Source: Pseudomonas aeruginosa PAO1 (GTDB lineage Bacteria; Pseudomonadota; Gammaproteobacteria; Pseudomonadales; Pseudomonadaceae). Taken from it: 64,000 nt of DNA. The position numbers and the translations under genes are program-made. The stretch is from assembly GCF_000006765.1 (NCBI RefSeq), contig NC_002516.2; one strand, given 5' to 3'. Below, piece after piece: positions 53,763-63,724 of the stretch. Under the pieces are notes generated by a model, which saw only the letters and a program-made list of their open reading frames with translations, made no database searches and was not told the DNA's origin. Numbering within the stretch: position 1 is the first letter of the stretch; each line of letters begins with the position of its first letter.

Positions 53763-54908
53763 ATGACCGACTACGACAGTCTCGACGACAACGCCTTTCG
53801 CCTGATGGTCCGTGAGTGGATCGCCGCCAACTATCCGCAGCGCATCCGCAATCCGCCCCGTCGCCTGGGGCGCGAGGAAACCCGCGAGTGGTACCTGCTG
53901 TTGTCGCGCCAGGGCTGGCTGTGTCCCGGCTGGCCCAGGGAGTACGGCGGCATGGGGCTGAGCGCCGGCAAGCAACTGATCATGATGGAGGAAATGGAGG
54001 AGTACGGCTGCGCGCGCCTGCCCGACAGCGGCGTGACCATGCTCGGCCCATTGTTGATCCGCTATGGCGACGAGGCGCAACGGGCGCGCTTCCTGCCGCG
54101 CATTCTCAGCGGCGAAGACATCTGGTGCCAGGGCTACAGCGAGCCCAACGCCGGCTCCGACCTGGCCAGCCTGCGCACCGAGGCGCGCCTGGAAAACGGC
54201 GAGTGGGTGATCAACGGACAGAAGACCTGGACCACCATGGGCTCGGAGGCCAACTGGATCTTCCTGCTGGTCCGCACCGAGCGCAGCGCCAAGGCGCAGC
54301 ACGGCATCAGCTTCCTGCTGGTGCCGATGGACAGCCTGGGCATCGAGGTGCGGCCGATCCTCAACCTGGAGCTGCACGGCGAGTTCTGCGAAGTGTTTTT
54401 CAACGACGTGCGGGTGCCCTACGACAGCCTGGTCGGCGAAATCAACCAGGGCTGGAGCATGGCCAAGGCGCTGCTCGGTTTCGAGCGGATCTTCCTCGGT
54501 TCGCCCAAGCAGTCCACCTTCGCCCTCCAGCGCCTGGAGCGCCTGGCCCGGCACCTGGGACTGTGGCACGACCCTCTGTTCGCGCGCCGCTTCGCCGCGT
54601 TGAGCATGGACCTGGACAGCCACAAGGCGCTCTACGAGCGTTTCGCCGAACGCCTGCGGCGTGGGGAGAGCCTCGGCCCGGAGGTATCCATGCTGAAGAT
54701 ATTCCAGTCCGAACTGTTCCAGCGCATCAGCGAGCTGGGCCTGGAGATCGCCGGGGAGGACTCGGCCCTGCTACAGCCCTTCGCCGAAGACCCCGAGCTG
54801 CATCCGGCGGGGATCTTCATCCAGTCGCGGCCGACCACCATCTACGGCGGCAGCAACGAAATCCAGCGCAACATCCTGGCCAAGAGCGTCCTCGGCCTGC
54901 CGGGCTGA
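53763..54908 (+). CDS. Acyl-CoA dehydrogenase, probable catalytic subunit
   Basis: CQGYSEPNAGSDLASL, INGQKTWT, LLGFER, IYGGSNEIQRNI. Confidence 0.92.
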   Translation: MTDYDSLDDNAFRLMVREWIAANYPQRIRNPPRRLGREETREWYLLLSRQGWLCPGWPREYGGMGLSAGKQLIMMEEMEEYGCARLPDSGVTMLGPLLIRYGDEAQRARFLPRILSGEDIWCQGYSEPNAGSDLASLRTEARLENGEWVINGQKTWTTMGSEANWIFLLVRTERSAKAQHGISFLLVPMDSLGIEVRPILNLELHGEFCEVFFNDVRVPYDSLVGEINQGWSMAKALLGFERIFLGSPKQSTFALQRLERLARHLGLWHDPLFARRFAALSMDLDSHKALYERFAERLRRGESLGPEVSMLKIFQSELFQRISELGLEIAGEDSALLQPFAEDPELHPAGIFIQSRPTTIYGGSNEIQRNILAKSVLGLPG

Positions 54909-54948
54909 GCGCAACCGAACGACATCCACGGGACGAAGAGGATTACCC

Positions 54949-55866
54949 ATGAGCAGCAGACTCAATGAAGGCAAGGTCGCGATCGTTACCGGCGCGGGCG
55001 GCGGCATCGGCCGCGAGATCGCCCTGGCCCTGGCCGATTCCGGGGCACGGGTGGTGATCAACGATATCGGCGTATCGCTACAGGGCGAGGGCGGGTCGGC
55101 CTCGCCGGCCGAAGAGACCCTTGGCCTGATCCGCCAGCGAGGCGGCGAAGGTCTGATCAACACCGACAGCGTCGCCGACTGGGACAGCGCGCGGCGTATC
55201 GTCGAATGCGCCATGGACGGTTTCGGGCGTCTGGATATCGTGGTGAACAACGCTGGCATCCTGCGCGATGCGATCTTCCACAAGATGAGCGCCGACGACT
55301 GGCTGTCGGTGATCAATGTCCATCTCAACGGCAGCTTCTTCGTCAGCCGGGCCGCCGCCGAACGCTTCCGTACCCAGCAGGCCGGCGCCTTCGTACACAT
55401 GACCAGCACTTCCGGGCTGATCGGCAACTTCGGCCAGGCCAATTATTCCGCGGCCAAGCTGGGCATCGTCGCCTTGAGCAAATCCATCGCCCTCGACATG
55501 CAGCGCTACAACGTGCGTTCGAATTGCATCGCGCCGTTCGCCTGGAGCCGGATGACCGACTCGATTCCGGCCGAAACCCCGGAGCAGAAGGCCCGCGTCG
55601 ACAAGCTGCAGCGCATGACCCCCGAGAAGAACGCGCCGCTGGCCGTCTACCTGGCGTCCGACGCCGCCCGCGAGGTCACCGGCCAGGTGTTCGCCGCGCG
55701 TCACCACGAACTCTTCCTGATGAGCCAGAGCCGGCCGCTGCGCAGTGTGCATAGCGAGCACGGCTGGACCCCGGAGAGCATCGCCGAGCACGGCATGCCG
55801 GCGTTGCGCGGCAGCTTCATGGACCTGGCGCGCAGCCCGGACGTGTTCTCCTGGGACCCGATCTGA
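54949..55866 (+). CDS. SDR, MFE-2-like hydroxyacyl-CoA dehydrogenase type
   Basis: TGAGGGIG, NNAGILRD, GNFGQANYSAAK. Confidence 0.9.
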   Translation: MSSRLNEGKVAIVTGAGGGIGREIALALADSGARVVINDIGVSLQGEGGSASPAEETLGLIRQRGGEGLINTDSVADWDSARRIVECAMDGFGRLDIVVNNAGILRDAIFHKMSADDWLSVINVHLNGSFFVSRAAAERFRTQQAGAFVHMTSTSGLIGNFGQANYSAAKLGIVALSKSIALDMQRYNVRSNCIAPFAWSRMTDSIPAETPEQKARVDKLQRMTPEKNAPLAVYLASDAAREVTGQVFAARHHELFLMSQSRPLRSVHSEHGWTPESIAEHGMPALRGSFMDLARSPDVFSWDPI

Positions 55867-56868
<1,002 letters not shown>

Positions 56869-56946
56869 TCCGCTCCGCCACGGCGGTCGCGGCAGGGAGT
56901 GGCCGCGGCGCCGTGTCTATCCACTGACGACGAAGAGACAACAACA

Positions 56947-58197
56947 ATGAAAATTCTTCCCGTTCCGATGCTGGCCGCGGGGCTGGCGTTGCTGCCGTCG
57001 TTCGCCCAGGCGGAGTTTTTTGCCGACGGCAAGGCCGGCCTCGAACTGCGCAATTTCTATTTCAATCGCGACTATCGCCAGCCCGGCGCCAGCCAGTCCT
57101 ATTCGGAGGAGTGGGCGCAGGGTTTCCTGTTGCGCTACGAGTCCGGCTACACCGAGGGGCTCTTCGGCCTGGGTGTCGATGCGCTGGGCCTGCTGGGTGT
57201 CAGGCTGGACTCCTCGCCAGAGCGATCCGGTAGCGGTCTGTTGCCGTATTCGACGAGCGACCGGCGCGCCGCCCACGACTATTCCAGCCTGGGCCTGACC
57301 GCCAAGCTACGGGTCTCGCACAGTACGCTGAAGATCGGCACCCTGATGCCCAGGCTGCCGGTGGTGCAGTTCAACGACACGCGCCTGCACCCGCAAACCT
57401 TCCAGGGCGGACTGCTGGAAGTGAACGAGATCGACGGGCTGGCGCTGCAGTTCGGCCAGCTGCGCCAGGTCAAGCAGCGCGACTCGACCAACGCCGAAGA
57501 CCTCGGCATCACCCGCGGCAACAAGCGCAACGTACTGGCGGGCCGGCACCCCGGCAGCGACCGCTTCGACTTCGCCGGCGGTACCTACCGCTGGAGCGAG
57601 CGCCTGAGCAGCAGCTACCACTACGCCAACCTGGAGGATTTCTACCGTCAGCATCATCTCGGCGTGCAGCACCTCTTGCCGCTCGCCGATGACCAGTCGC
57701 TGAAGTCCGACATCCGCTGGGCGCGTTCCACCGACGAGGGCGGCAGCCGCGTCAACAATCGCGCGCTGAATGCGCTGTTCACCTATCGCCTGGGCGGCCA
57801 CGCCTTCGGCCTCGGCTACCAGCGCATGTCCGGCGACAGCGGCTTCGCCTACCTGGCCGGGACCGATCCGTATCTGGTCAACTTCGTGCAGATCGGCGAT
57901 TTCGCCAACAAGGACGAGCGCTCCTGGCAGTTGCGCTACGACTACGACTTCGCCGCCATCGGCCTGCCCGGCCTGACATTCATGAGCCGCTACCTGCGTG
58001 GCGAACACATCGACCTTCTGGACGGCGGTGGGCGCGGCAAGGAATGGGAGCGGGACACCGATATCGCCTACCTGGTGCAATCGGGGCCGTTGAAGAACCT
58101 GGGGATCAAGTTGCGCAACGGCACCTTCCGCAGTGATTTCGGCAACGACATCGACGAGACCCGGCTGATCGTCAGCTACGCGTTGCCGCTGTGGTGA
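56947..58197 (+). CDS. opdD: OprD/Occ-family porin (OpdD)
   Basis: Signal peptide, LELRNFYFNRDY, EWAQGF, C-terminal ETRLIVSYALPLW. Confidence 0.88.
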   Translation: MKILPVPMLAAGLALLPSFAQAEFFADGKAGLELRNFYFNRDYRQPGASQSYSEEWAQGFLLRYESGYTEGLFGLGVDALGLLGVRLDSSPERSGSGLLPYSTSDRRAAHDYSSLGLTAKLRVSHSTLKIGTLMPRLPVVQFNDTRLHPQTFQGGLLEVNEIDGLALQFGQLRQVKQRDSTNAEDLGITRGNKRNVLAGRHPGSDRFDFAGGTYRWSERLSSSYHYANLEDFYRQHHLGVQHLLPLADDQSLKSDIRWARSTDEGGSRVNNRALNALFTYRLGGHAFGLGYQRMSGDSGFAYLAGTDPYLVNFVQIGDFANKDERSWQLRYDYDFAAIGLPGLTFMSRYLRGEHIDLLDGGGRGKEWERDTDIAYLVQSGPLKNLGIKLRNGTFRSDFGNDIDETRLIVSYALPLW

Positions 58198-58230
58198 AGC
58201 GGACTTGAGTTTCCCGATGTTTCCGCGCCA

Positions 58231-58261
58231 TTGACCCTGTAGTGGCTACAGCCTTTTCACT
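58231..58261 (+). promoter_or_regulatory. MerR-type (CadR/PbrR-like) promoter-operator
   Basis: TTGACC, then a 19-bp spacer containing the dyad CTGTAG-tgg-CTACAG, then TTCACT. Confidence 0.75.
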
Positions 58262-58295
58262 GGAAGCCGTCAGATCCAGACGAGAGGGTTGTGCC

Positions 58296-58571
58296 ATGGG
58301 GTTCTTCGAACGGTTGTTGATGGGTGGGCGTCATCATGGACAGGGCGGTGGTCATCACGGCGGCGGTCATCACCGCGGTCAGGGCGGCTATCCGCCGGCG
58401 CCAGTCGCGGTGGGAATGGCCTGTCGCGCCTGCCGCACCGCGAATGCGGCGACGGCACGATTCTGCCAGGGCTGCGGCGGCGCCCTGGCGCCGCTGCGCT
58501 GTATCGCCTGCAGCGCCGATCTCGCGGCGGGCGCGAAGTTCTGCGGCGCCTGCGGTGCGCCGCAGCAGTAG
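58296..58571 (+). CDS. 91-aa His/Gly-rich double zinc-ribbon protein
   Basis: GAGAGG RBS; three HH pairs and four CxxC motifs. Confidence 0.85.
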   Translation: MGFFERLLMGGRHHGQGGGHHGGGHHRGQGGYPPAPVAVGMACRACRTANAATARFCQGCGGALAPLRCIACSADLAAGAKFCGACGAPQQ

Positions 58572-58573
58572 CC

Positions 58574-59050
58574 TCAGTCGACGGCGAGGATTTCCACCGC
58601 AAGGGGGGAGTCCTTCGCCCCGGTCTCGTCGCCCGGGTGCCTGCCGATCAGGCTCTGGCCCAGTGGCGAGCGAGGCGTGATGACCAACACCTCGCGACCT
58701 TCGCAATCGATCTTCAGCCCGGCCGCCTCGGGGCCGAGGAACACTGTTCGCCGGCTGCCGTCGGCGTTCAGCAGGGTGACCAGCGCGGTGAGCTGGATGC
58801 CCTGTTCCTCGTCGAAATCGCGCAGCACCAGGTTGCGGTACAGGCCCAGCGCCTGGCGGATCTCCTCGACCCGGCGCGACTGCCCGGCGGCCAGGTAGGC
58901 CGCTTCCAGGCCGAGGGTGTCGTACTTGTTCTCGGCGACGTTCTCTTCGTGGGTTGCCGTCTCATGGGCGGTCTGCGCGGCGCGGACGGCGACTTCCAGG
59001 TCCGCGGCGAGCTTTTCCGTGATCAGGCGCAACAGCTTTTTCTTGTCCAT
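58574..59050 (-). CDS. GreA/GreB-family protein
   Basis: Coiled coil ending AENKYDTLGLEA; C-terminal VITPRSPLGQSLIG. Confidence 0.85.
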   Translation of the reverse strand: MDKKKLLRLITEKLAADLEVAVRAAQTAHETATHEENVAENKYDTLGLEAAYLAAGQSRRVEEIRQALGLYRNLVLRDFDEEQGIQLTALVTLLNADGSRRTVFLGPEAAGLKIDCEGREVLVITPRSPLGQSLIGRHPGDETGAKDSPLAVEILAVD

Positions 59051-59224
59051 GTCGGGTAGGCGGGGGCTGGCCGGCGAAGGCGTGCATGGTACGGGAAAGA
59101 CGGCGGATCGCGACAGCTCGGAGCCAGTATGAAAACTCGGAATGACGTGGCGAATAAAGGTCGTTTGTCGCTACCGGGCAAACCGACTAAAACGAGCGGA
59201 AACGAACAGCCAGGAGAACCTCAC

Positions 59225-60718
59225 ATGATCGACGGATTGCTGCGCAGTCTCGGCCTCGACCCCAATGCCTTTCGCGATGGCGAGCTTGCCGTGCATACCC
59301 CCATCGACGGCAGTCGCCTGGCTGCGGTGCGACTGGAGGGGCGCGCCGCCGTTGCCGCCAAGGTCGAGCGCGCCGAACAGGCGTTCCGCGCCTGGCGCCA
59401 GGTGCCGGCGCCGCGCCGTGGTGAACTGGTGCGGCTGTTCGGCGAGGAATTGCGTCGGCACAAGGCCGAACTCGGCGAACTGGTGTCCTGGGAGGCGGGC
59501 AAGATCACCCAGGAAGGCCTCGGCGAAGTCCAGGAAATGATCGATATCTGCGACTTCGCGGTGGGCCTCTCGCGCCAGTTGTACGGTCTTACCATCGCAT
59601 CCGAGCGTCCCGGCCACCACATGCGCGAGACCTGGCACCCGCTGGGCGTGGTAGGCGTGATCAGCGCGTTCAACTTCCCAGTCGCGGTGTGGTCGTGGAA
59701 TACCGCGCTGGCGCTGGTCTGCGGTAATTCCGTGGTCTGGAAGCCTTCGGAGAAGACCCCCCTCACCGCACTGGCCTGCCAGGCACTGTTCGAGCGTGCC
59801 GCGCGGGCCTTCGGCGGCGATGCGCCGGCGCACCTGAGCCAATTGCTGATCGGCGACCGCGAGGCCGGCGAAGCGCTGGTGGACGCCCGTCGCGTCGCCC
59901 TGGTCAGCGCCACCGGCAGCACTCGCATGGGGCGCGAAGTGGCGCCGCGGGTGGCGGCGCGTTTCGCTCGCTGCATCCTCGAACTGGGCGGCAACAACGC
60001 GATGATCCTGGCGCCAAGCGCCGACCTCGACCTGGCGGTGCGCGGCATCCTGTTCGGCGCGGTGGGCACCGCCGGGCAGCGCTGCACCACCTTGCGCCGG
60101 TTGATTGCCCATGAGTCGGTGAAGGACGAGATAGTCGAGCGCCTCAAGGCAGCCTATTCCAGGGTCCGTATCGGTCATCCGCTGGAGGGCAACCTGGTCG
60201 GGCCGCTGATCGACGAACGCAGCTACCTGGCCATGCAGGACGCCCTGGCGCGAGCCCGCGAGCAGGGGGGGCGGGTGTTCGGCGGCGAGCGGCAATTGCA
60301 GGAGCGCTATCCGGATGCCTACTACGTGTCGCCGGCCATCGTCGAGATGCCGGGACAGACCGAAGTGGTGCGCACGGAGACCTTCGCACCGATCCTGTAC
60401 GTGGTCGGCTACCGCGATTTCGACGAGGCCCTGCGCCTGAACAACGAGGTTCCCCAGGGACTGTCGTCGTGCATCTTCACCACCGACCTGCGCGAGGCGG
60501 AACTGTTCCAGGGCGCGGCGGGCAGTGACTGCGGGATCGCCAACGTCAACATCGGCACCAGCGGGGCGGAAATCGGCGGGGCGTTCGGCGGCGAGAAAGA
60601 GACCGGCGGCGGTCGCGAGTCCGGCTCGGACGCCTGGAAGGCCTACATGCGACGGCAGACCAACACCGTCAACTATTCCCGCGAGCTGCCGCTGGCACAG
60701 GGCATCACCTTCGATTGA
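59225..60718 (+). CDS. amaB: Delta1-piperideine-6-carboxylate / aminoadipate semialdehyde dehydrogenase
   Basis: ALDH7 motifs SAFNFP, LELGGN, GQRCTT; AGGAGA RBS favours ATG 59225 over 59129. Confidence 0.88.
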   Translation: MIDGLLRSLGLDPNAFRDGELAVHTPIDGSRLAAVRLEGRAAVAAKVERAEQAFRAWRQVPAPRRGELVRLFGEELRRHKAELGELVSWEAGKITQEGLGEVQEMIDICDFAVGLSRQLYGLTIASERPGHHMRETWHPLGVVGVISAFNFPVAVWSWNTALALVCGNSVVWKPSEKTPLTALACQALFERAARAFGGDAPAHLSQLLIGDREAGEALVDARRVALVSATGSTRMGREVAPRVAARFARCILELGGNNAMILAPSADLDLAVRGILFGAVGTAGQRCTTLRRLIAHESVKDEIVERLKAAYSRVRIGHPLEGNLVGPLIDERSYLAMQDALARAREQGGRVFGGERQLQERYPDAYYVSPAIVEMPGQTEVVRTETFAPILYVVGYRDFDEALRLNNEVPQGLSSCIFTTDLREAELFQGAAGSDCGIANVNIGTSGAEIGGAFGGEKETGGGRESGSDAWKAYMRRQTNTVNYSRELPLAQGITFD

Positions 60719-60773
60719 ACGGGGCGCGGCGGGCTCCCGCCGCATGGCAATTAGGCTGGCAGCGGAGTCGCGC

Positions 60774-62060
60774 ATGGGCGGTTTGCAGCAACGGTGTCTG
60801 TGGGAAGTGGTTACGCCTCGCCTGTCCGGAGCGGCGAGCCTGAACGGCGAGCAGCGCGCCGACGTATGTGTGATCGGCGCCGGTTTCACCGGGCTTTCGG
60901 CGGCGCTCCACCTGCTGGAGGCCGGCCGTTCGGTGTGCGTGCTGGAAGCGTACGAGGTCGGCCACGGCGGGTCGGGACGTAATGTCGGATTGATCAACGC
61001 CGGCACCTGGATTCCCCCGGACGAGGTGGTCGCCACCCTCGGCGCCGAGCAGGGAGAAAAGCTCAACGCCGTGCTGGGGCGGGCGCCGGCGCTGGTGATG
61101 GAGACCATCGAACGCCTCGGCATCGATTGCCAGTTGCGCCGCGAGGGTACCCTGCACATGTCGCACAACGCCAGCGGCGTGGCCGATCTGCAACGCCGTC
61201 ACGCGCAGTGGACGCGCCGCGGCGCTCCGCTGGAGTTGCTGACCGGCGCGGCTTGCCACGAGGCCTGCGGCACCCGGCGAATCAGCGCGGCGTTGCTCGA
61301 CCGACGCGCCGGCACTCTCAATCCCATGGCCTATTCGCGCGGACTGGCCACCGCCGTCGTACAGCGGGGCGGCCAACTGTACCAGCGCTCGCCGGTGCTC
61401 GCCCTGGAGCGGCAGGGCGCGCTGTGGGCGGTGCGCAGTAGCGCGGGGGCGGTACTGGCGGAACAGGTGGTGATCGCCTCCAACGCCTATACCGAGGGCG
61501 AGTGGACCAACCTGAGGCGGCACTTCTTTCCCGGCTACTACTACCAGGTGGCTTCGGCGCCGCTGCACGGCGCCGCGGCCGAGCGCATCCTGCCTCACGG
61601 CCAGGGTTCCTGGGATACCAGGACGGTGCTCAGCAGCATTCGTCGCGATGCCCAGGGTCGCCTGTTGCTGGGAAGCCTCGGCAATGGCGCGAACAAGCCC
61701 GCCTGGTTCCTGCGGCAATGGGCCGATCGAATCCAGAGCCATTACTTTCCCGACCTGGGCCAGGTCAACTGGGAGTACAGCTGGACGGGTTGCATCGCCT
61801 TCACCCCCGATCATCTGATGCGCCTGTTCGAGCCTGCGGAAGGCTTGCTGGCGGTGACCGGCTACAACGGACGCGGCGTGACCACCGGTACGGTAGTGGG
61901 CAAGGCGTTCGCCGACTACTTGCTGAGCGGCGAGCGAGCGACATTGCCGTTGCCGTTCAGTGACATGAAGCCCGTCCCCGCGGCCAGGCTGCGCAGTTGC
62001 GCCTACGAGATGGGTTTTTCTCTCTATCACGCCGGTCAATGCTTGCGCGTGGTTCTCTAG
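60774..62060 (+). CDS. amaA: L-pipecolate oxidase (FAD-dependent)
   Basis: VIGAGFTG, GSGRNVG, GYNGRG; paired with amaB. Confidence 0.82.
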   Translation: MGGLQQRCLWEVVTPRLSGAASLNGEQRADVCVIGAGFTGLSAALHLLEAGRSVCVLEAYEVGHGGSGRNVGLINAGTWIPPDEVVATLGAEQGEKLNAVLGRAPALVMETIERLGIDCQLRREGTLHMSHNASGVADLQRRHAQWTRRGAPLELLTGAACHEACGTRRISAALLDRRAGTLNPMAYSRGLATAVVQRGGQLYQRSPVLALERQGALWAVRSSAGAVLAEQVVIASNAYTEGEWTNLRRHFFPGYYYQVASAPLHGAAAERILPHGQGSWDTRTVLSSIRRDAQGRLLLGSLGNGANKPAWFLRQWADRIQSHYFPDLGQVNWEYSWTGCIAFTPDHLMRLFEPAEGLLAVTGYNGRGVTTGTVVGKAFADYLLSGERATLPLPFSDMKPVPAARLRSCAYEMGFSLYHAGQCLRVVL

Positions 62061-62076
62061 GCTCGACCGAATCAAG

Positions 62077-62118
62077 GTGTGTTTTCAGCAAAATAATGAT
62101 AGTTTGTTGTAAACACAC
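62077..62118. promoter_or_regulatory. Inverted repeat upstream of the antitoxin, candidate auto-operator
   Basis: 16-bp arms matching at 14/16, around ATAATGATAG. Confidence 0.6.
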
Positions 62119-62132
62119 ATGAGGAGGTCGTC

Positions 62133-62500
62133 ATGAGCGCTCTCATCAAGGAACGTCCCAGCGCCGATGCCGTCCTGGCCAAGGCCGTCCTGGCCGCGCG
62201 CGAGCAATTGGGGTGACGCAGCTCGAACTGGCCGGCATCGTCGGCGTCGATCGCAGCGCCATCAGCCGCTGGAAGACCCAGGGCTTGCGGGTGGACAGCA
62301 AGACCGGCGAGCTGGCTCTGCTGCTGGTGCGAGTCTATCGCGCACTGTATGCCCTGTTCGGCGGGCAGCAGGAGGACATGCGCCACTTCCTGCGCACTCC
62401 CAACCATCACCTGGCGGGCGAGCCGCTGGCACTGATGGGACAGGTGCAGGGCCTGGTTCATGTGCTGGAATACCTCGATGCGATCCGCGGCAAGGTCTGA
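62133..62500 (+). pseudogene. natR: Xre/MbcA-type antitoxin (NatR, PA1029), split by a 1-bp deletion near 62213
   Basis: GAGGAGG plus ATG 62133; TGA after 27 codons; HTH and MbcA/ParS-like C-terminus continue in the shifted frame. Confidence 0.85.
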
Positions 62501-62634
62501 TACCCGGCGCGCCTGTACGGGGGCCTACGCCTGTCACGGAAAAGGCTGGCAGCCAGAGGCGACAAGCCTGGCTGAATGGAGACTGCGGTGCCGCTACGCT
62601 GGCATCCGACACCACAGGAAGCGAGGGGCGGAAG

Positions 62635-63390
62635 GTGAGCGAGATCTGGCGACAGTGCAAGGGTGAGCGGCATATCCGACCGCTCCAGGGGCGCCTGGTG
62701 CGGTTGGTGGAGAGCCAGGAGCAGGTGGCGACCCTGCAATTGGTCGACACCCTGGAAGAACAGGCGTTGCTCGAGGAACTGCTCGAGTCGAGCAAGCCGC
62801 CGGTGCCGGCGGATGCCGAGCCATTGCATTACCTGTTGAAGACCCCGTTCCGTTATCCGCCCTTGCGCTGGGGGTCGCGGTTTGGCCGTCGCCACGAGCC
62901 AAGCCTGTTCTACGCCGCGCTGAAGCTGGAAACGGCCATGGCCGAAAGCGCGTATTACCGTTGCGTCCTGTGGAGTGGCATGGTGGTGCCGCCACCGAGC
63001 GGGAGGATTCTGTCCGAGCACGCTTCGTTCGAGGCGGGCTGGAAGGTGGAGCGGGGAATCCGTCTGCAGGCGCCGCCTTTCTCCGATCACGAGGCTGCGC
63101 TGACCGACATCGCCGACTACCGCGCTCCCCAGGAACTGGGAAGTGCCATGCGCAGCGCCGGGGTGCAGGCATTCGAATACCGTTCGGCGCGTTGCCCGGA
63201 GCGCGGCTGCAATGTCGCCCTGTTCACGCCCGCGGCCTTCACCGAAAAGCGTCCTCGCAACCTGACGCCCTGGCTGTGCGAAACCACGGCCGGTTACGTG
63301 GCCTTCAAGCCGGCGCATGTGCCGGGGTCGCCGAAAATCTTCTCCTGGGAGCTGTTCCTGGTGGACGGAAAGTTGCCGCATCCGGCGTGA
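62635..63390 (+). CDS. natT: RES-domain toxin (NatT, PA1030; NAD-degrading family)
   Basis: GTG start; GSRFG..EPSLFYAA..ETAMAESAY and EYRSAR..GCNVALF RES motifs. Confidence 0.88.
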   Translation: MSEIWRQCKGERHIRPLQGRLVRLVESQEQVATLQLVDTLEEQALLEELLESSKPPVPADAEPLHYLLKTPFRYPPLRWGSRFGRRHEPSLFYAALKLETAMAESAYYRCVLWSGMVVPPPSGRILSEHASFEAGWKVERGIRLQAPPFSDHEAALTDIADYRAPQELGSAMRSAGVQAFEYRSARCPERGCNVALFTPAAFTEKRPRNLTPWLCETTAGYVAFKPAHVPGSPKIFSWELFLVDGKLPHPA

Positions 63391-63597
63391 GTGGAGGGGG
63401 CTCGGTTGCCAGCGATCCGGGGGCACCGTCTGAAGGCCGCCACCTGCCTGTTGGGCAGGGCTGGCCTGCATGCCCCGAGGGAAAGAGCGGCTGAGGATTT
63501 CGAACGGCATTGCCCTGCAATGGGGCGGCAAGAGGCTTCGGCGAAAATTTGTGCACAAATGGAAAGCAGCTTGTCAAGGGTTGAGAGCGTTAGGCTC

Positions 63598-63610
63598 TAA
63601 ACGCTTGATT
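63598..63610 (-). promoter_or_regulatory. IHF consensus site
   Basis: AATCAAGCGTTTA equals WATCAANNNNTTR; a second one-mismatch site lies at 63627-63639. Confidence 0.6.
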
Positions 63611-63724
63611 TTTCATGTTTGAAACGTAACTTATTGAAAAATAACGATAAAAATAGTTGGTGAAAAAATCGTCAATCTGTCCCATAGCCCCACTCCATCG
63701 GGGGTTCGGCAGTTTTTTAGGGGC

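Noticed and set aside
56877-56918. GC-rich stem-loop before the porin gene, and similar ones near 46840 and 51880
   Set aside because: Consistent with generic intercistronic mRNA stabilisers; no shared sequence that would define a new repeat family.
62167-62634. 156-aa in-frame extension of the RES toxin
   Set aside because: Overlaps the antitoxin in another frame and looks non-coding; GTG 62635 has a purine-rich SD.
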